Assembly (NCBI GenBank): GCA_036172245.1
Contig: JAYWIR010000007.1
Location: 1-64,000, forward strand
DNA from: Raillietiella orientalis
Lineage: Eukaryota
Direction of reading: 5' to 3'
DNA: 64,000 nucleotides
Below are positions 12,201 to 23,250 of this stretch, piece by piece (the stretch's first letter is position 1; each line of letters begins with the position of its first letter). The translations under genes and the position numbers were made by a program. The notes beneath the pieces were generated by a model, which searched no databases, was not told the DNA's origin, and was given only the letters and a program-made list of their open reading frames with translations.

Positions 12201-14278
12201 GATGTGGCTGCTGCTGCTGCCGCCTCCGCCTCCGCATTTCTTCTTTCCCCGCGTTCCTGCCTCATCCCACCCTCCGTTCCGCGTTCTCTTCACGAGGCGC
12301 CCTTATCGCTCCCGCCGCTGTCCTCTTTGCAGGATCCACGCCGGACCTGGCGCTGAGCCTCCCGTTGCAAGGCAGCCAGAGCCACAGCAGAGGCAGCAGT
12401 TTCACCGAGGAGACCGCCGACTCCATGGAGGACTACTCTCATCACCTGCAGTCCTCCTGCCCGGAATCGGGAACGCCGACCTCCGACTGTAATGACCGTC
12501 TCCCTTATCACGGACCCCATTGCGTGGCTCGTGTCGCCTCAGATCTGGACATGGAGTGCTCGTCCGCAGCCTCCGCCTCCGCCTCCAGTACTTCCCAGAC
12601 CCGGACGTCCTTCGAGGGTCCGGACGCCCAGCGCCCGGCCCAGCAGCAGCAACGGCGGCACCAGCAACAGACGGCGGTCCCGGAGGGTTTGTTCTGCGAC
12701 GAGAACCGCGGGCGCTCCTACTCCGCGGGAGGAGGAGGGGGAGGAGGAGGAGGAGGAAGGGGCTGCTCCCCTACCTCATCGCTCACCCTCTGGCACAACG
12801 AGACCCGGAGCCGGGCTTTCTCCCTGGGCAGTCAGCAGCATCCCGTGGCGGCGGACTCCAAGGACCGTGACAGGCCGGACCTCCTCCCGTCCTCCAGGCT
12901 GTCGAACTCGTGGTCGGGCTCCGGGGGCTACTTAAAGCTGGCGCTTCAGAACTGCAGGAGGTGCGACAGGAGTGAGGACTTCCTGGAGATGACCCTTCCC
13001 CTGCAACCGCACCCCTCGAAGCAGAGCTTCTCCGCCCCGCCTCCCCTCCGCAGCGAGCCCTTCTTCCCCGCGGTCAAGCCGCCTTCTCCTCCTCCCCTCC
13101 CGCTGCAGCACCTGCCCGAGGCCGGCGCCCCGCCCGAGGGTGAAGTGCCGGTTTCCTCCTCCCAGTTTCCCCCTTCCGCCTTCTTTTCGACGGCCGCGGA
13201 TGTCGTCAGGTTGCCCCCCGGCTGCCCCCTCTTCAAGAGCGGCAGACTTCCCTCAGAGACGGACGCCGGCTACATGGACATGACGTTCTCCGATCCCTCG
13301 TCCAACGACCCGTATACGGAGATGTCCTTCCCCGCGCAGCAGCAGCAGCAGCAGCAGCAGCGAGCGCCGCTCTCCTTTTCCAAAGAGAGCAGTCCCTTGG
13401 CCAGGATTCCCGAGGGCGAGTGCGTGCGAGATTACGTCAACCTGGACTTCAGAGGGGAGCCTTCGGCCTCCTCTCCCAGTCCGGACAGCTCTGAAAACGG
13501 CGGAGCCCAGTCCCCTCCCTCCCTCCCTTCCACCCCGGTCCACTCCGGCACCGCCGAGGACCCCTGCGCCGACAAGTGTCCCGTGGACGCCACGTGCGGG
13601 AAGCTGTGCATCACCTACCCGGAGCAGGTGCGAGGGGAGCGGCGGGTGCCCGACTCCCTGCTGGAAGCCATCCTGGGAGGACCCCAAGCCCACGAAGCCT
13701 TCCGGAAGAAGCTCAGCCTCGTCACTAGTCCCTCGCCCCCCTCCGCCGCTGCCGCTCCCCCTCCTCCACCCCCCGGGGAGCTCGTCGCCGGCCCGACCTG
13801 CCTGTACATGCCCCGGGAGATCCACAAGACGGAGTCTGCCCCCTGCACGGGCGTCTTTCGCTCCAAGAGCGAGCGCTTCACGCACCCGCTCGTCCAGAAG
13901 CAGGCGTCCGTGCCGGAGACCGTCTCCACCCACGCTGCCCGCAAGCGGTCCCTGTCCGGGAACGGTCCCTTTCTGGGCGGCGGCTGCCACCTGGCCTTCT
14001 CGCAAGGGTGCTGTGGAGGGGCGCCGGACAGCCGCTCGGAAGGGGACGCTTCCACTGCCGCTGCTTCCTCCTCTTCCTCCTCCGGGGACGTCCCGAGGTG
14101 CGCCCAGCTCAACTACGCCTCCCTCGACCTGGCCTTCGCCGAGGAGGGCGCTTACCGGAAGAGGAACTACTCGGCGGACAGCGCCCCTCCCGGAGAACAC
14201 GTGTGCTATTCCGAGGTGGACTTCCACAAGAGTGACGGACTGAGGGACACGTCAGTCGAGCGCAGCCACTGGTACTGA
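1185..14278 (+). CDS. IRS: Insulin receptor substrate (IRS/chico-type), full spliced gene, about 1078 aa
   Basis: join(1185-1259,5594-5703,5942-6144,10584-10729,10951-11093,11177-11286,11392-11572,11738-11880,11928-12107,12333-14278) = 3237 nt, all phases compatible. N-terminal PH domain (GILKKPKTMKKKWFVL...LEYYDSEKKF, cf. chico GYLKKLKTMKKKFFVL); IRS-PTB (HVWDVNIKPKG...YRLCL...RSCGHFENFFYLDLGR...GPGELWLQVE); RPRSCS motif; several YxxM, YVNL and SHP2-type motifs. The exon 6 donor and exon 9 acceptor are less certain. Confidence 0.93.
2770..2801. repeat. (GGT)n microsatellite; one of many simple repeats, e.g. (CTT)n near 5404-5433, (GCG)n near 5842-5872, (CT)n near 6180-6215, poly-T near 32686-32710
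   Basis: Directly visible. Confidence 0.9.
5594..5703 (+). CDS. IRS: IRS exon 2 (PH domain)
   Basis: Pyrimidine tract + cag| TMKKKWFVLRRENGTRPCTLEYYDSEKKFRHGTPPK |gtacga. Confidence 0.93.
5942..6144 (+). CDS. IRS: IRS exon 3 (PH domain C-terminal half)
   Basis: cag| TIDISKCFTINKKLDSKQRHIISLFTNDDCFSVACDNDAEQQEWFKTL...PVF |gtgagt; includes the PH C-terminal helix Trp. Confidence 0.93.
8200..10450 (-). mobile_element. Decayed LINE (RTE-like) reverse transcriptase relic in IRS intron 3
   Basis: Collinear degenerate motifs on -: ...PAGRRCISSSLH (~GVRQGCxLSPxLF) near 9620, ELPSRDEVIHLSG (~LEVVDEFxYLGS) near 9310, and a post-RT region near 8300. Many frameshifts. Confidence 0.4.
10584..10729 (+). 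CDS. IRS: IRS exon 4 (PTB domain)
   Basis: cag| DHVWDVNIKPKGAKSIPNIVGSYRLCLLSSSMTLMKVSNADKVESITFQ |gttggt. Confidence 0.92.
10951..11093 (+). CDS. IRS: IRS exon 5 (PTB domain)
   Basis: cag| FRAVRSCGHFENFFYLDLGRLAPRGPGELWLQVENGSTAKKMHEVTY |gtaggg. Confidence 0.92.
11177..11286 (+). CDS. IRS: IRS exon 6
   Basis: tttcag| EAMINSHVEDIESRPRSCSAHEGG... (cf. IRS1 EAMRAMSDEFRPRSKS). The 3' end is uncertain: a GC donor at 11287 or weak GT donors about 25-35 nt downstream. Confidence 0.8.
11392..11572 (+). CDS. IRS: IRS exon 7
   Basis: Long pyrimidine tract + ctgcag|; RDRSDSMPNRARTVSEG (Akt-type RxRxxS motifs); ends AG|gttgtt. Confidence 0.75.
11738..11880 (+). CDS. IRS: IRS exon 8
   Basis: ttttcag| SPASVDSAGSSLSVD...IEENMDEYLSMD |gtaagg; first YxxM motif. 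Confidence 0.78.
11928..12107 (+). CDS. IRS: IRS exon 9 (contains DYLPMSP)
   Basis: The only phase-compatible acceptor giving a plausible intron is ctcctccag| (47-nt intron). Donor G|gtgcgc. Carries a canonical YxxM-SP motif. Confidence 0.65.
12333..14278 (+). CDS. IRS: IRS terminal coding exon (tyrosine-motif tail)
   Basis: tttgcag| then an open frame to TGA; RSRAFSLGS, GYMDM, PYTEM, DYVNL, LNYASLDL, CYSEVDF. Confidence 0.88.
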
Positions 14279-14840
14279 CGGCCGGCGGCGGCGGCGCCGG
14301 GGGCGAAGAGCTGCCTGCCTGCTCCTTCCCCCGTCCTCCTACCTCTTCTCCTCTTTCTCCCGCCCGCTTGCCCCGCTGCTGACGACTCCGCCCTCGCACT
14401 TTCTGCTCTTCCTCCTCCCTCCCTCCCTCCCTCCCCGCCACGGCTTCCTCCTGCCTCTTTCCTTCTCCACCCGCGCAGAAGAGGAAAGGAAGGAAGGGAA
14501 CAGAGAGAAAAAGAAAGGAAGGAAGAAAGTCTAGTCACCTCCCCACGAACGGGGGAGGGGGGCACAACCACCGAGCCGCCCTACCCTTCCCCCCAATTTT
14601 CGTCTTAGCTGCCATCCTCCCCAGAGTCCACCATACGGGTCACCACCGCGCCGCCTCACAAGACCTGAAAGCTTTGGCGCATCTTCCCCTCCTTCCCCCT
14701 CCCCGTACGTTTTTGTTTCTTCCCCCTCCCCTCCCCCATGCGATCCCTTCCCCTCCTCGGGATACGTTGCGCAGATGATGCTCAATTATTTTACATGGTT
14801 ACATATCAGCCTCTGCTGTTGTGATGTTGTGTGAGGTCAG

Positions 14841-14846
14841 AATAAA
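14841..14846 (+). terminator. Candidate polyadenylation signal of IRS
   Basis: AATAAA about 560 nt after the stop, in a short AT-richer patch followed by T/GT-rich sequence. Confidence 0.55.
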
Positions 14847-16050
14847 TTTGTAGCAGTTTCTTAGCCACTGGGTCACCGTCCTCGGCGGCGACGACGACGA
14901 CGACGACGCTCCGGGGTCATGTGCGAGCGGTCTCTGGCTCTTCCGCCCCTTCTGCCCTCTTCCTGCGGTCTCCAGGGGAGAAGCGGTGCAGAAGTGAAGG
15001 CTCTCTCCTTCCCCATGCAATTCGTGCTGTTGCCGGGAAGGGGGGAAATCCACCTCCCCTCCCCGCCCTGTGGCCGCACTCCAGGATAGCGGAGGAGGGC
15101 ACTCGTGCCGGCGGCGGGAGGGGGGGGGGGCAGGACAGGTCTCCTTCTCCGAGGGCCGACGGCATCCACAACGTGGCCCCTCGCGCACGAACGAAAGAGC
15201 TGCTCCTGCGCGGGAAGGGACGACGGGGCACGGGGTAGGGCGCGAAGTTCCCCGGTCGCCTCCGCCTGGTGCACGCGCACACGGCGGCTGCCCCGTTGCC
15301 CGCGACCCATTCCTCGGCGGCAGCGCGGCGGCGGTAAGGAGGATTCTTCTCCGCTGCGTGACGGCAACCCTTGTGGAAGCGGTTGCCATGGCATCCCCTC
15401 CCTGGCCGCGCCCGGCGCTTCCTCGCAGCAGGGAAATGGCGTCGCGGACTCCGCCGCCTTTTCTGCATCCGGGGGGGGGGGGGGTCGGGAAGGCGATGGC
15501 GGGGTAGCGATAGGAGAGGGAGGAAGGGGGCACCCGTCGTCCGGAAAGCAAAGGAGGAGGAACCTCTCGCCCAGCGCCGCCTCCCATCTTGCTTGCCCCC
15601 CCCCCCACCGCTGCTCGGTGGGTTGTAGCGGTGGTTGACGGACGGACGGTGCGCGGAACTGTGCCTGGATGTCCAGGAGGCGTGGAAGCACCACCTGCGA
15701 GCGAGCGCGGAGGAGGAGGGAAGGGGAGGGGTGCGTTGGAACTCGGCGGCGGCTTTTCCGCCGGTGCGCGTCTGCGCGCCGCGTCCCGTCGGGGACCAAC
15801 GCCGCCGCCCGGATGCACCGTGCGGTTTGGGGAGGGGCACGCCGGGAAGAGATGGCTTCCCTTGCCAGCCGGAGGGGAAGAAACGCGTCTTCGGCGGCCT
15901 CCTTCCTCGCCTTCCCCTTTCTCCTCTCGTGCGGGCGCGCGTGAATAGCCTCCGCCTCGTATTCGGCGCCGGCGCCGGAAGTGGGGTATCTCGTTGCCAT
16001 CCTCCCGGTTGTTTCCAAGGTCTCTTGGGGCGAGGCGACGGTGCGGCTTC

Positions 16051-16106
16051 CCGCCCATTCGAGCTCCTCGTGTCCGCCTTCCGCCCATTCGAGCTCTTCG
16101 TGTCCG
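16051..16106. repeat. 30-bp tandem duplication (CCGCCCATTCGAGCTC[C/T]TCGTGTCCG x2)
   Basis: Directly visible; one mismatch between the copies. Confidence 0.85.
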
Positions 16107-17699
16107 AGAGGTGTTCCGTCGGGAGGGGGAGGGAGCGAGGGAAAGACGGCTGGCTGGGTGCCCTCCCTTTCGGGCCGCTTGGGTCCAGAAGATCGGAGTG
16201 CGTTCACGAGTTATCGATCGGCTGATTGGGTTTGCCTTTTATCTTGGCCTTCGCGACGCCCAGCAGCGCCTCGCCACTCCGTCGCCACGTGGTCGCGAGG
16301 GGGCAGACCTCGGCAGACAGCCTCCGCTCTCGCGGACTTCTCCGCACCAGGCGCGCGAGCGCGTCCACAAGGCTCTCTTCGCAGCCTCCCTCCCCCCCCC
16401 TTCCCTTCCCCCCTCCCCCCCCTCTCCCCCATTAAGTAACATGCGCGCATTCTTGCCGTCGTCAGCGTCGCCATGGCTCCGCGCTCTCCGCTGGTCTCGG
16501 GCGAAGTTCTCTCCCGCCCGCAACTCGCGCGGTGCCGCCGCCGCCGCAATCGATTCGGACAGGTCGACCGGGATTCGCACTTCGCTTTCGAATCGTCATG
16601 GAAACCTCGGAGGAGATGTACCCTCGCAGGGTGGGATGGCGGTTGCTCTCTCGAATGTCTGCTGCAGCCAGCATCTGCAGTCTCATTTTGGAGGGGGAAG
16701 GGGAGATTCGGAAACGTCGGCGGACCGCTCTATCGCTGCTTCGCGCATCAGTGCAAGGGAAGAAGAAGAAGAAAGGAAAAAAAAAAAAAAAAAAAAGAAA
16801 AATGAAGGAAAGAAAAACGCGGGGCGGTATTCGTACACACCACGCTAGCGAATCGACGGCGCGTCTTGCGAGAGAGTGTACGACGTGACGTCTTTCGCGC
16901 GCGTGTGGGTTCCCTTTGCAGGTGCCCGTGCACTTGTTCATCGTACACACGACGAACACTCCGCGCACCCGTTTCCTGGGAAAACCGGGGCACCGCTTCC
17001 CGGTACGTGCGGTTTTCCTTCTTCCTTCCATGCCCGGCCCCTTTTCCCCTCTCCCTCCCTCTCCCGAGCAAAGTGCTGACGGGCGAGACCTCCGCTCTTC
17101 GCGCGGTGCACGTGCTGCTTCGGCCGCTCACCGTCTTTCCCGTTCTCACGCTCGAGGAAGGTCCACGGGAAGGAAAGGAGGAGGGAATCGCAGGACGGGG
17201 GATCCGCTTGCCAGCGGAGCGTGTGCTCGCGTGGCACGCAGACCGGCAGATCTGCGTGCGTGCTTTGCCGCGGAGGAGGAAGCGCGAAGGACAACCACGC
17301 CGGGGATGCAAAACACACACACAAAAGGAAAGACGCGGATCACCTCCGAGCGCCGCGTGCGATAGGGCAAGCGAAAGGAAAGTGGGCCCGCGGTCGAGGA
17401 TGCATCCCCGTCCCCGTGGGGGGGGGGGTGGAGGGGGGACCATTTTCCATTTCTGTCCTGCCTCGGTGCATCGAAAACTCGACGCGGTGGTCGCTATGCC
17501 GACAGGCAGGGAGGGAATTCGCTGGAATCGCGCGGGTGCTACGCGCTACCATGGTGAACGAGAAAGCCGCCGCCGCGACGCAACAATGGCTCTCCGCACA
17601 GCTGCCCGCCTGCTGCAGCAGGAAGCTTTGGGGGGGGGGGGGGGGGACTCTCGCGTCCGTAGCAACGCCTTTCAGTTCCCATTGTGCGCTCGAGCGAGT

Positions 17700-17960
17700 T
17701 AGCTCTCAAGATGGAAGTGTGTGCGCGATGGAACGTGCGGCTGCAGATGATTTCTTTGATCTTTTTGGATGGCACTCCGAGTCCCTCGTACACGTCCCCT
17801 CTCTCGAGCAGCTCGGTCAATCGAGAGTGCCCAGCCGATGGATGGATTCTTTGGAAGAATTGAAAAGCAGAGGAATGAATGAAGGAGGCTCGTCTGCCTT
17901 CCCCCCTCGGTCCCCTTGTAGTACGATTATCATGGTCTCCGTCACACCCGTGAGCAGCCA
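17700..17960 (+). mobile_element. 3' end relic of an RTE-like LINE
   Basis: RVPSRWMDSLEELKSRG resembles the RTE C-terminal GRPxxRWxDxVxEDLxxRG motif. Confidence 0.35.
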
Positions 17961-19299
17961 ATGCTACGCACACGCATGCACGCTCTCGTAAGTTAGTGAA
18001 TGAAGGAACACCAGCGCAGTCTTCACTGTCCTCACCACCATCACCGTTTTCATTTCAGTCATGCTGCACACAACACTGTGGATTTCTTTTTGGATTTCTC
18101 AGGCGGGAACGAATGTGCTCCCACCACCACGTTCTTTTCTTTCGGGTTGGAATCGTGGTTTGGTGTGTTTGCACTTCGACCTTAGGTACGGCGACCCTTA
18201 GCTGCCTGCTCTTAGCCCGCCACCTGCTGGAAGCGTTGCAGAGCTGCTGGTTTGACCCACCGGAAGGGAGGGCGGGAGAGAGAGCTCTGATTTGACGCGT
18301 GGTTCCAACTTCCGAACCTTCTCACCCACTCGTTATAGGGATCCCGGCGAAGCGGAATCGCCAAAGCGACCGGAAACACGTGCAAACCGCTTTTTCCCTT
18401 CGCTGCGCGCCACGCAGCACTTTTGCCCGTTCGATGGGGTGGGCGTCTCCAAAACCACCGTCATCTCCCCGCCATCTTCGTCTGCTCCTCAGCCCTCTCA
18501 GCAGGCGCGCCCGCTCCCGAAGAGTCGACTGAGCCACGGCAGGGTGAACGTTGTGGCTTGGGGGGGGGCATTTCCCCCAACATCCGTGCCCTGCCGGTAA
18601 CTCGTGGGATTCCGACCGCTTGCCGACGTGGCTCGGAGGCAACCGATCCAACGCTGCATGATTGGCAACAAGCCGTCCGCCCTGGGTGCCACCGGTCTCC
18701 CGGCACGGAATCCGGTCTAACGTGCCCTCCCCCTCCAGAGGTACACCACCTCCCTCCTTCCGGGCAATTTGCCTTCCCGCAGGCGGCGCAGCTTTCAGAG
18801 AGGCAAAGGCGGCACTGCGCCGCCTTGCGGTGTGGTTCTGACCGCTCGACTGGGCGCGGGGCGAGGCTCAGCAGAGACTCGTGAAATGGACACGCGCCCA
18901 AAGGGGGCGGAGGGGGCACGTGCGCCACACAAACACATCACCTCCTTCTATCCATTCCCCCATTTTTCCTCGCGGATACGCGTGGAACCTCAGCCCGAAA
19001 ACGCTCCTTCATCCTCCTCGAGGCTCGCCGAAAATCCACGACGGCGGAATGAAGGGAACCGCCCCTGGCGAGCGGGAAGGGTTGCAAGCCCTGACCTGGT
19101 GGCACGCGAGGAGAATCGCCGCCGGGGTTCGGAGCAAACCGCGAGCGGAATGCGCCTTCCCGAAGAGGTGGACTCTTGCCGAAGGAGCAGCCGCCGGGCA
19201 CTGACCGCGAGATTGGGAGGATAAGGAAAGGAAGCAGGACCGGGAGAGAGGGCAGGGACCGGGAGTGCTATGACTCCCGTGACGCCCCCTCCCCCCTTC

Positions 19300-22200
19300 C
19301 CCTGTTTTGTGACGTGACTGGGAAACGTCTGTCCTCCCGCTGAGCCTGCCTCCTCCTTCCACGCGCGCGGAGGGGTCAAGCCTGGGCACCAGACTGGAGC
19401 ACAGAGGTCTTCACGCAAGTTCCATCATCCTCGTCTCCTTGAGGGACCCAACTTGTGCCGCTCAATCTTTCGGGAAAGTCCCTCCCTCCCCCGCGAGGAC
19501 GATTTCCACTGGCGGGGTGCCCGTTTCCCGGGATTCCTGGGAGATCGTTCTCGTCTCCCGGGGAAGGGGTGGTGGTGGTGGCCAGGCGGTCGCCTGGCCA
19601 CGCTGGCGGGATTCTTCAGCACGCGGTCTCCGCAGTCTCAGGACTCTTTTTAGCGCGGGTGCGCTCCTTGTCTACCCACAACAACCTCCAAGGATGCTGG
19701 TCGCCCGTACCGCCGAGGTCCATACCCTAGGCATTCACGACTACCATCTCTTGGACTGGGAGAGGAGCGAAACCTCGCAGCTGTCTCCCTCCGGGAGCTG
19801 GGGCAACCGGGCACGCGAATGTCTCCGCGGCAGCACGAGAGTTCGGGCACTCCGGCATTGGCCGCTGCCGTAGCAACGCGAAGGATGGCCGCAGACCACT
19901 CGGCCGTGGAGTGGGGGAAGAAGGGGAGCGATTCGGTGGGCGTATCGGCGATGGTCAATGCCGTGCCTTTCTTTTCGCCCTCGCCGTCTCCTGTCCCTTC
20001 GTTCCCATTCTCCCATGTCTACCCCTCCCTCTTCCTATGCGGTTAACGAGGAGCCCCGGCCATCCGGATGCCGACAGACATCCTCGAAGTGCGCCAGGTC
20101 GGGAGAAGGGGAAGGGGAGATGCTCCTCCATCCTTGAGGGTGGACCAAGAGCCTTGAGGGTCTCTTCAAGCATCTCGTAACCGAGGTTGCAGTCCCCCAG
20201 GGAGGAAGTAGGGATGGGGGTGGTCCTTCTGAAGCTCCCGGTAGGAGAACTGCGCCAAGAAAGGAAAAGGGATCCGCCGGAAACTCGTGCAAATAGGGAG
20301 AAAGGGTCGTTATATCTCTCCCACGAGATAGCCTCCTCCCACCAACCTCTACTCCCCAGATGCGAAAGGACCACAGCGAGAGGGCAGCAATCCCCATTCG
20401 CCCTCAGGCAGCAGTAAGACAGTTCTGACCGCAGGGAAGGCAGGAGGAGCACGGGACGGGGGCACATCAACGGCATCTGGAGGAATCACAGCGAAGTTCC
20501 GCTCCCCGTTTTCTCTCCACGGCGGGGATGCGCAGGAGCCTCGCCTGAGGGAGACGACGGGAGGCAGGCAGGTCCTCGGGAACGAGGGGGAGCGACACAA
20601 GGCGAGGAACCCACTCATTATTGCCCGTCCCACTTCCCTGACCGCCCCCTTTTGCTTTCCCGAGACTCACGCCCGTCCCGGATCCCGACAGAGGGAGTGG
20701 AATTTTCCCGATGCAGGTTCCGGAGGAAAGCGGAAGTCGCCCTCGCGGGGGGGGGGATTTCCCAGAAGACGGACGGCACGGGCTGGGTCCCCCAGGGGGC
20801 GGGAGAGGAGGAGCGAGAAGGAGGGGCGAAGCCCTTCCGCGTTCCTCCCGAGCCCCCGCGCTTTCCCGTCCGTTCTCGTTTTTCTTCTTCCGGTCCTCCG
20901 TCCCCCTTCAGACCCATATGCCTGCGAAAACAAACCGAAAGGGGAGGAGGAGGAAGGGGTCGCCGGAACCGAGTCTCTCTGTGCTGTGCGGCGATCCCGT
21001 AGGAGCGCCGGCCGCTCCCGAGCAGCAGCAGCAGCAGGCCCCATCGCGGATCTGCCCCTCCTTCCCCCTCCCCATAAATAAAAAAAAAAGTGTGGGGGGA
21101 GAAGGGAAAAACTTCCTCGTGGCGGGCGACTGCGGCCGCATCCGGGAGCTGGGAAGCGCGCGAGACGGCGGCGGAGAGCGGCTTCACCTCGGTCGGCGCC
21201 GTTCCTCCCGCCCCAATCGAAGTCCTCCCTTTCCCCCCTCTCCCGGCGGAACTCGGATCTTCCCCGAGGACGAGGTGCGCGCGCCGCCGCTACTGCGGAG
21301 CGCGGAGTGGAAAGGGAGAACCCTGGGGGGACTTTCTTCGGGGGAGAGAGGGACGCGACAGGACGGACGAACGCTCCCTCCGCCGCCCCCGCACCGCGAG
21401 CCCAGGAGAGCCGCCGCTCCCACCCTCTTCTCCTCCTCCGCGCTCGGCGGACGAGCGCTCAGGAAGACGCAGCCCGCCTTCTCTAGAGAGCGACAGTATG
21501 CTGGGAACGCGGGCGTCCCACCGCCGCCCACCCTCCGTCGAAAGGAAGGGGGGAAACCCGAGAGGAAAATTTCCTGATCCCGGGAGCTGCGGGAATCCTG
21601 GAAATGCGTTCCCGCGTCATCTCACGTCACTTCCACCCGGGAGGTTCGTTGGCAGAGGGAGAGGGTTTGAAGAGAACGGGGAGTGGGGCCTCGGACGTCC
21701 TTCTCCACGCACCCGAAAAGATGGCTGCAGGCGAAACCGGGCAGAAGACGGTCCTGGGAGGAGTCTCCGGGGACGAGTCTCGTCGGGACGAGGACGACTT
21801 CCCGTTGTCTCCCCCTTCCCCATGGGAGGCCCTCGTCCGGGCACCCCTCGTCGGCGTGCCACTCTTCCCCCTGGAGGGTCTCGGTATCCGATAGGGGATC
21901 CGCGCTGCTGTCCTTCCCTTTCCCTCCTCCCCTTTTCTCACGGTCCTGGCGACCTGGTGCTGTAGGGCGGTGCCATCCCCTTTAGAGGAACAGCAGGCTC
22001 CCGCCCCCCTTCCTCCAAGGACCTTCCGGCACCGACGGGACGAGGGACGCTCGCGAGGACGGCCACAAGGAAGGGAGGGGAGACGCTCGGAGCGGTTGCC
22101 AGGTAACCGGATCGGGATGCGGGGCGCGTCTTCCCGGAGGAGCGACCTTGGAGCTGGCGGCGGGAGATCCCATCCCGCACCCAGGGCCCTCAGACGCAGA

Positions 22201-23250
22201 GCCGCTCGCCGGTGGGAGCGAAAGGTGGAGTCCTCGTCATTCCCCTCGCCACCATCGCTTCCGGGAGACGGTGGCTCGGAAGCTCATCGAACTGGCGCAG
22301 AGAGGAGAGCCTGGGTCCCGCGTACTGGCAGGATGTGCGGGCACCATCTTAGGGAAGCGAAGGGGAAAGCGTGGGATTTTCCGGAGGCTGCCGTCGCCGA
22401 GCGTCCGCCTGCCCGAGATCCGTCCGCCGCAATCCCCCTTCCTCCTCCCCACTCCCTGGTCTTCCTGAGTCCTCGAAAATCCTCCTTCCCCTCCCCCTGG
22501 ACCTTCCCGCGCGCGGGGGAGGCGAAACTCCGCCGGAAGAGGAGGCGCGCGCGTCTCGGGGAACAACCAGGGAAGAAGCGGGGCGGGGACGGGGATTATC
22601 CCGGGATGGGGAACCATGGTACAGAGACAGCGTGGGGAACCGCGGGGCACCAACGAGAAAGGAAGGGGAGCAAGGAGACGGGGTCGTGCGTGCTGACGGG
22701 TCGAACTTCGCGGACGCGCGCACCCGTTTCCGGAGGGGCAGGGGGCAAGCGGATCGAGGGCAGCCGACTCGCCGCGAAGCTGTCCCCTCCGCTCCCTACG
22801 GGCTGCTCCCCCCCTCCTGCTGTCATTCCCCTGCTGGTGACCTGCTTGCTTGAGGTGCGCGAGCCCTTCCGCTCCCGACCGCCGCTGCCGGCGAGGGAGG
22901 GCCGCCACGCGAGCGTGCGCTGGCGTTCTCTTGGGGATGCGTCCACTGCGAGCGGGCGCGGGCACCTTCCGTGGGGCCTCCCCGGGGGACGCCATCGTTC
23001 CCTCCGGATTCTGGGGAGTGAGGGGGGAGGGTCCACGGACCAGGAAGGACGCGAACGCGGGCCGGACGCGGCGACCCTCTCGAGTCATCCCTTGTCTTCC
23101 CTTTCGAGTGCGCCCATCTGCAATGAGTCGCCCTTCCCCGTCCCAGGGAGGACTTACGACTCCCTTTCGGGTCTCGCACACGAGGGCAGGGGAGAGGGAG
23201 GGGCGGTCTGGGAGGAATGGGCAGCGCGCCGAAAGAGAAATTCGAGATGA
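19300..23250 (+). mobile_element. Decayed LINE RT fragments (CR1/I-like, probably more than one element)
   Basis: GGRLATLAGFFSTR (~GxLxxWxxxFLxxR) near 19590; RYPIGDPRCCPSLSLL (~GVPQGxxLxPxLF) near 21890. Highly degenerate. Confidence 0.3.
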
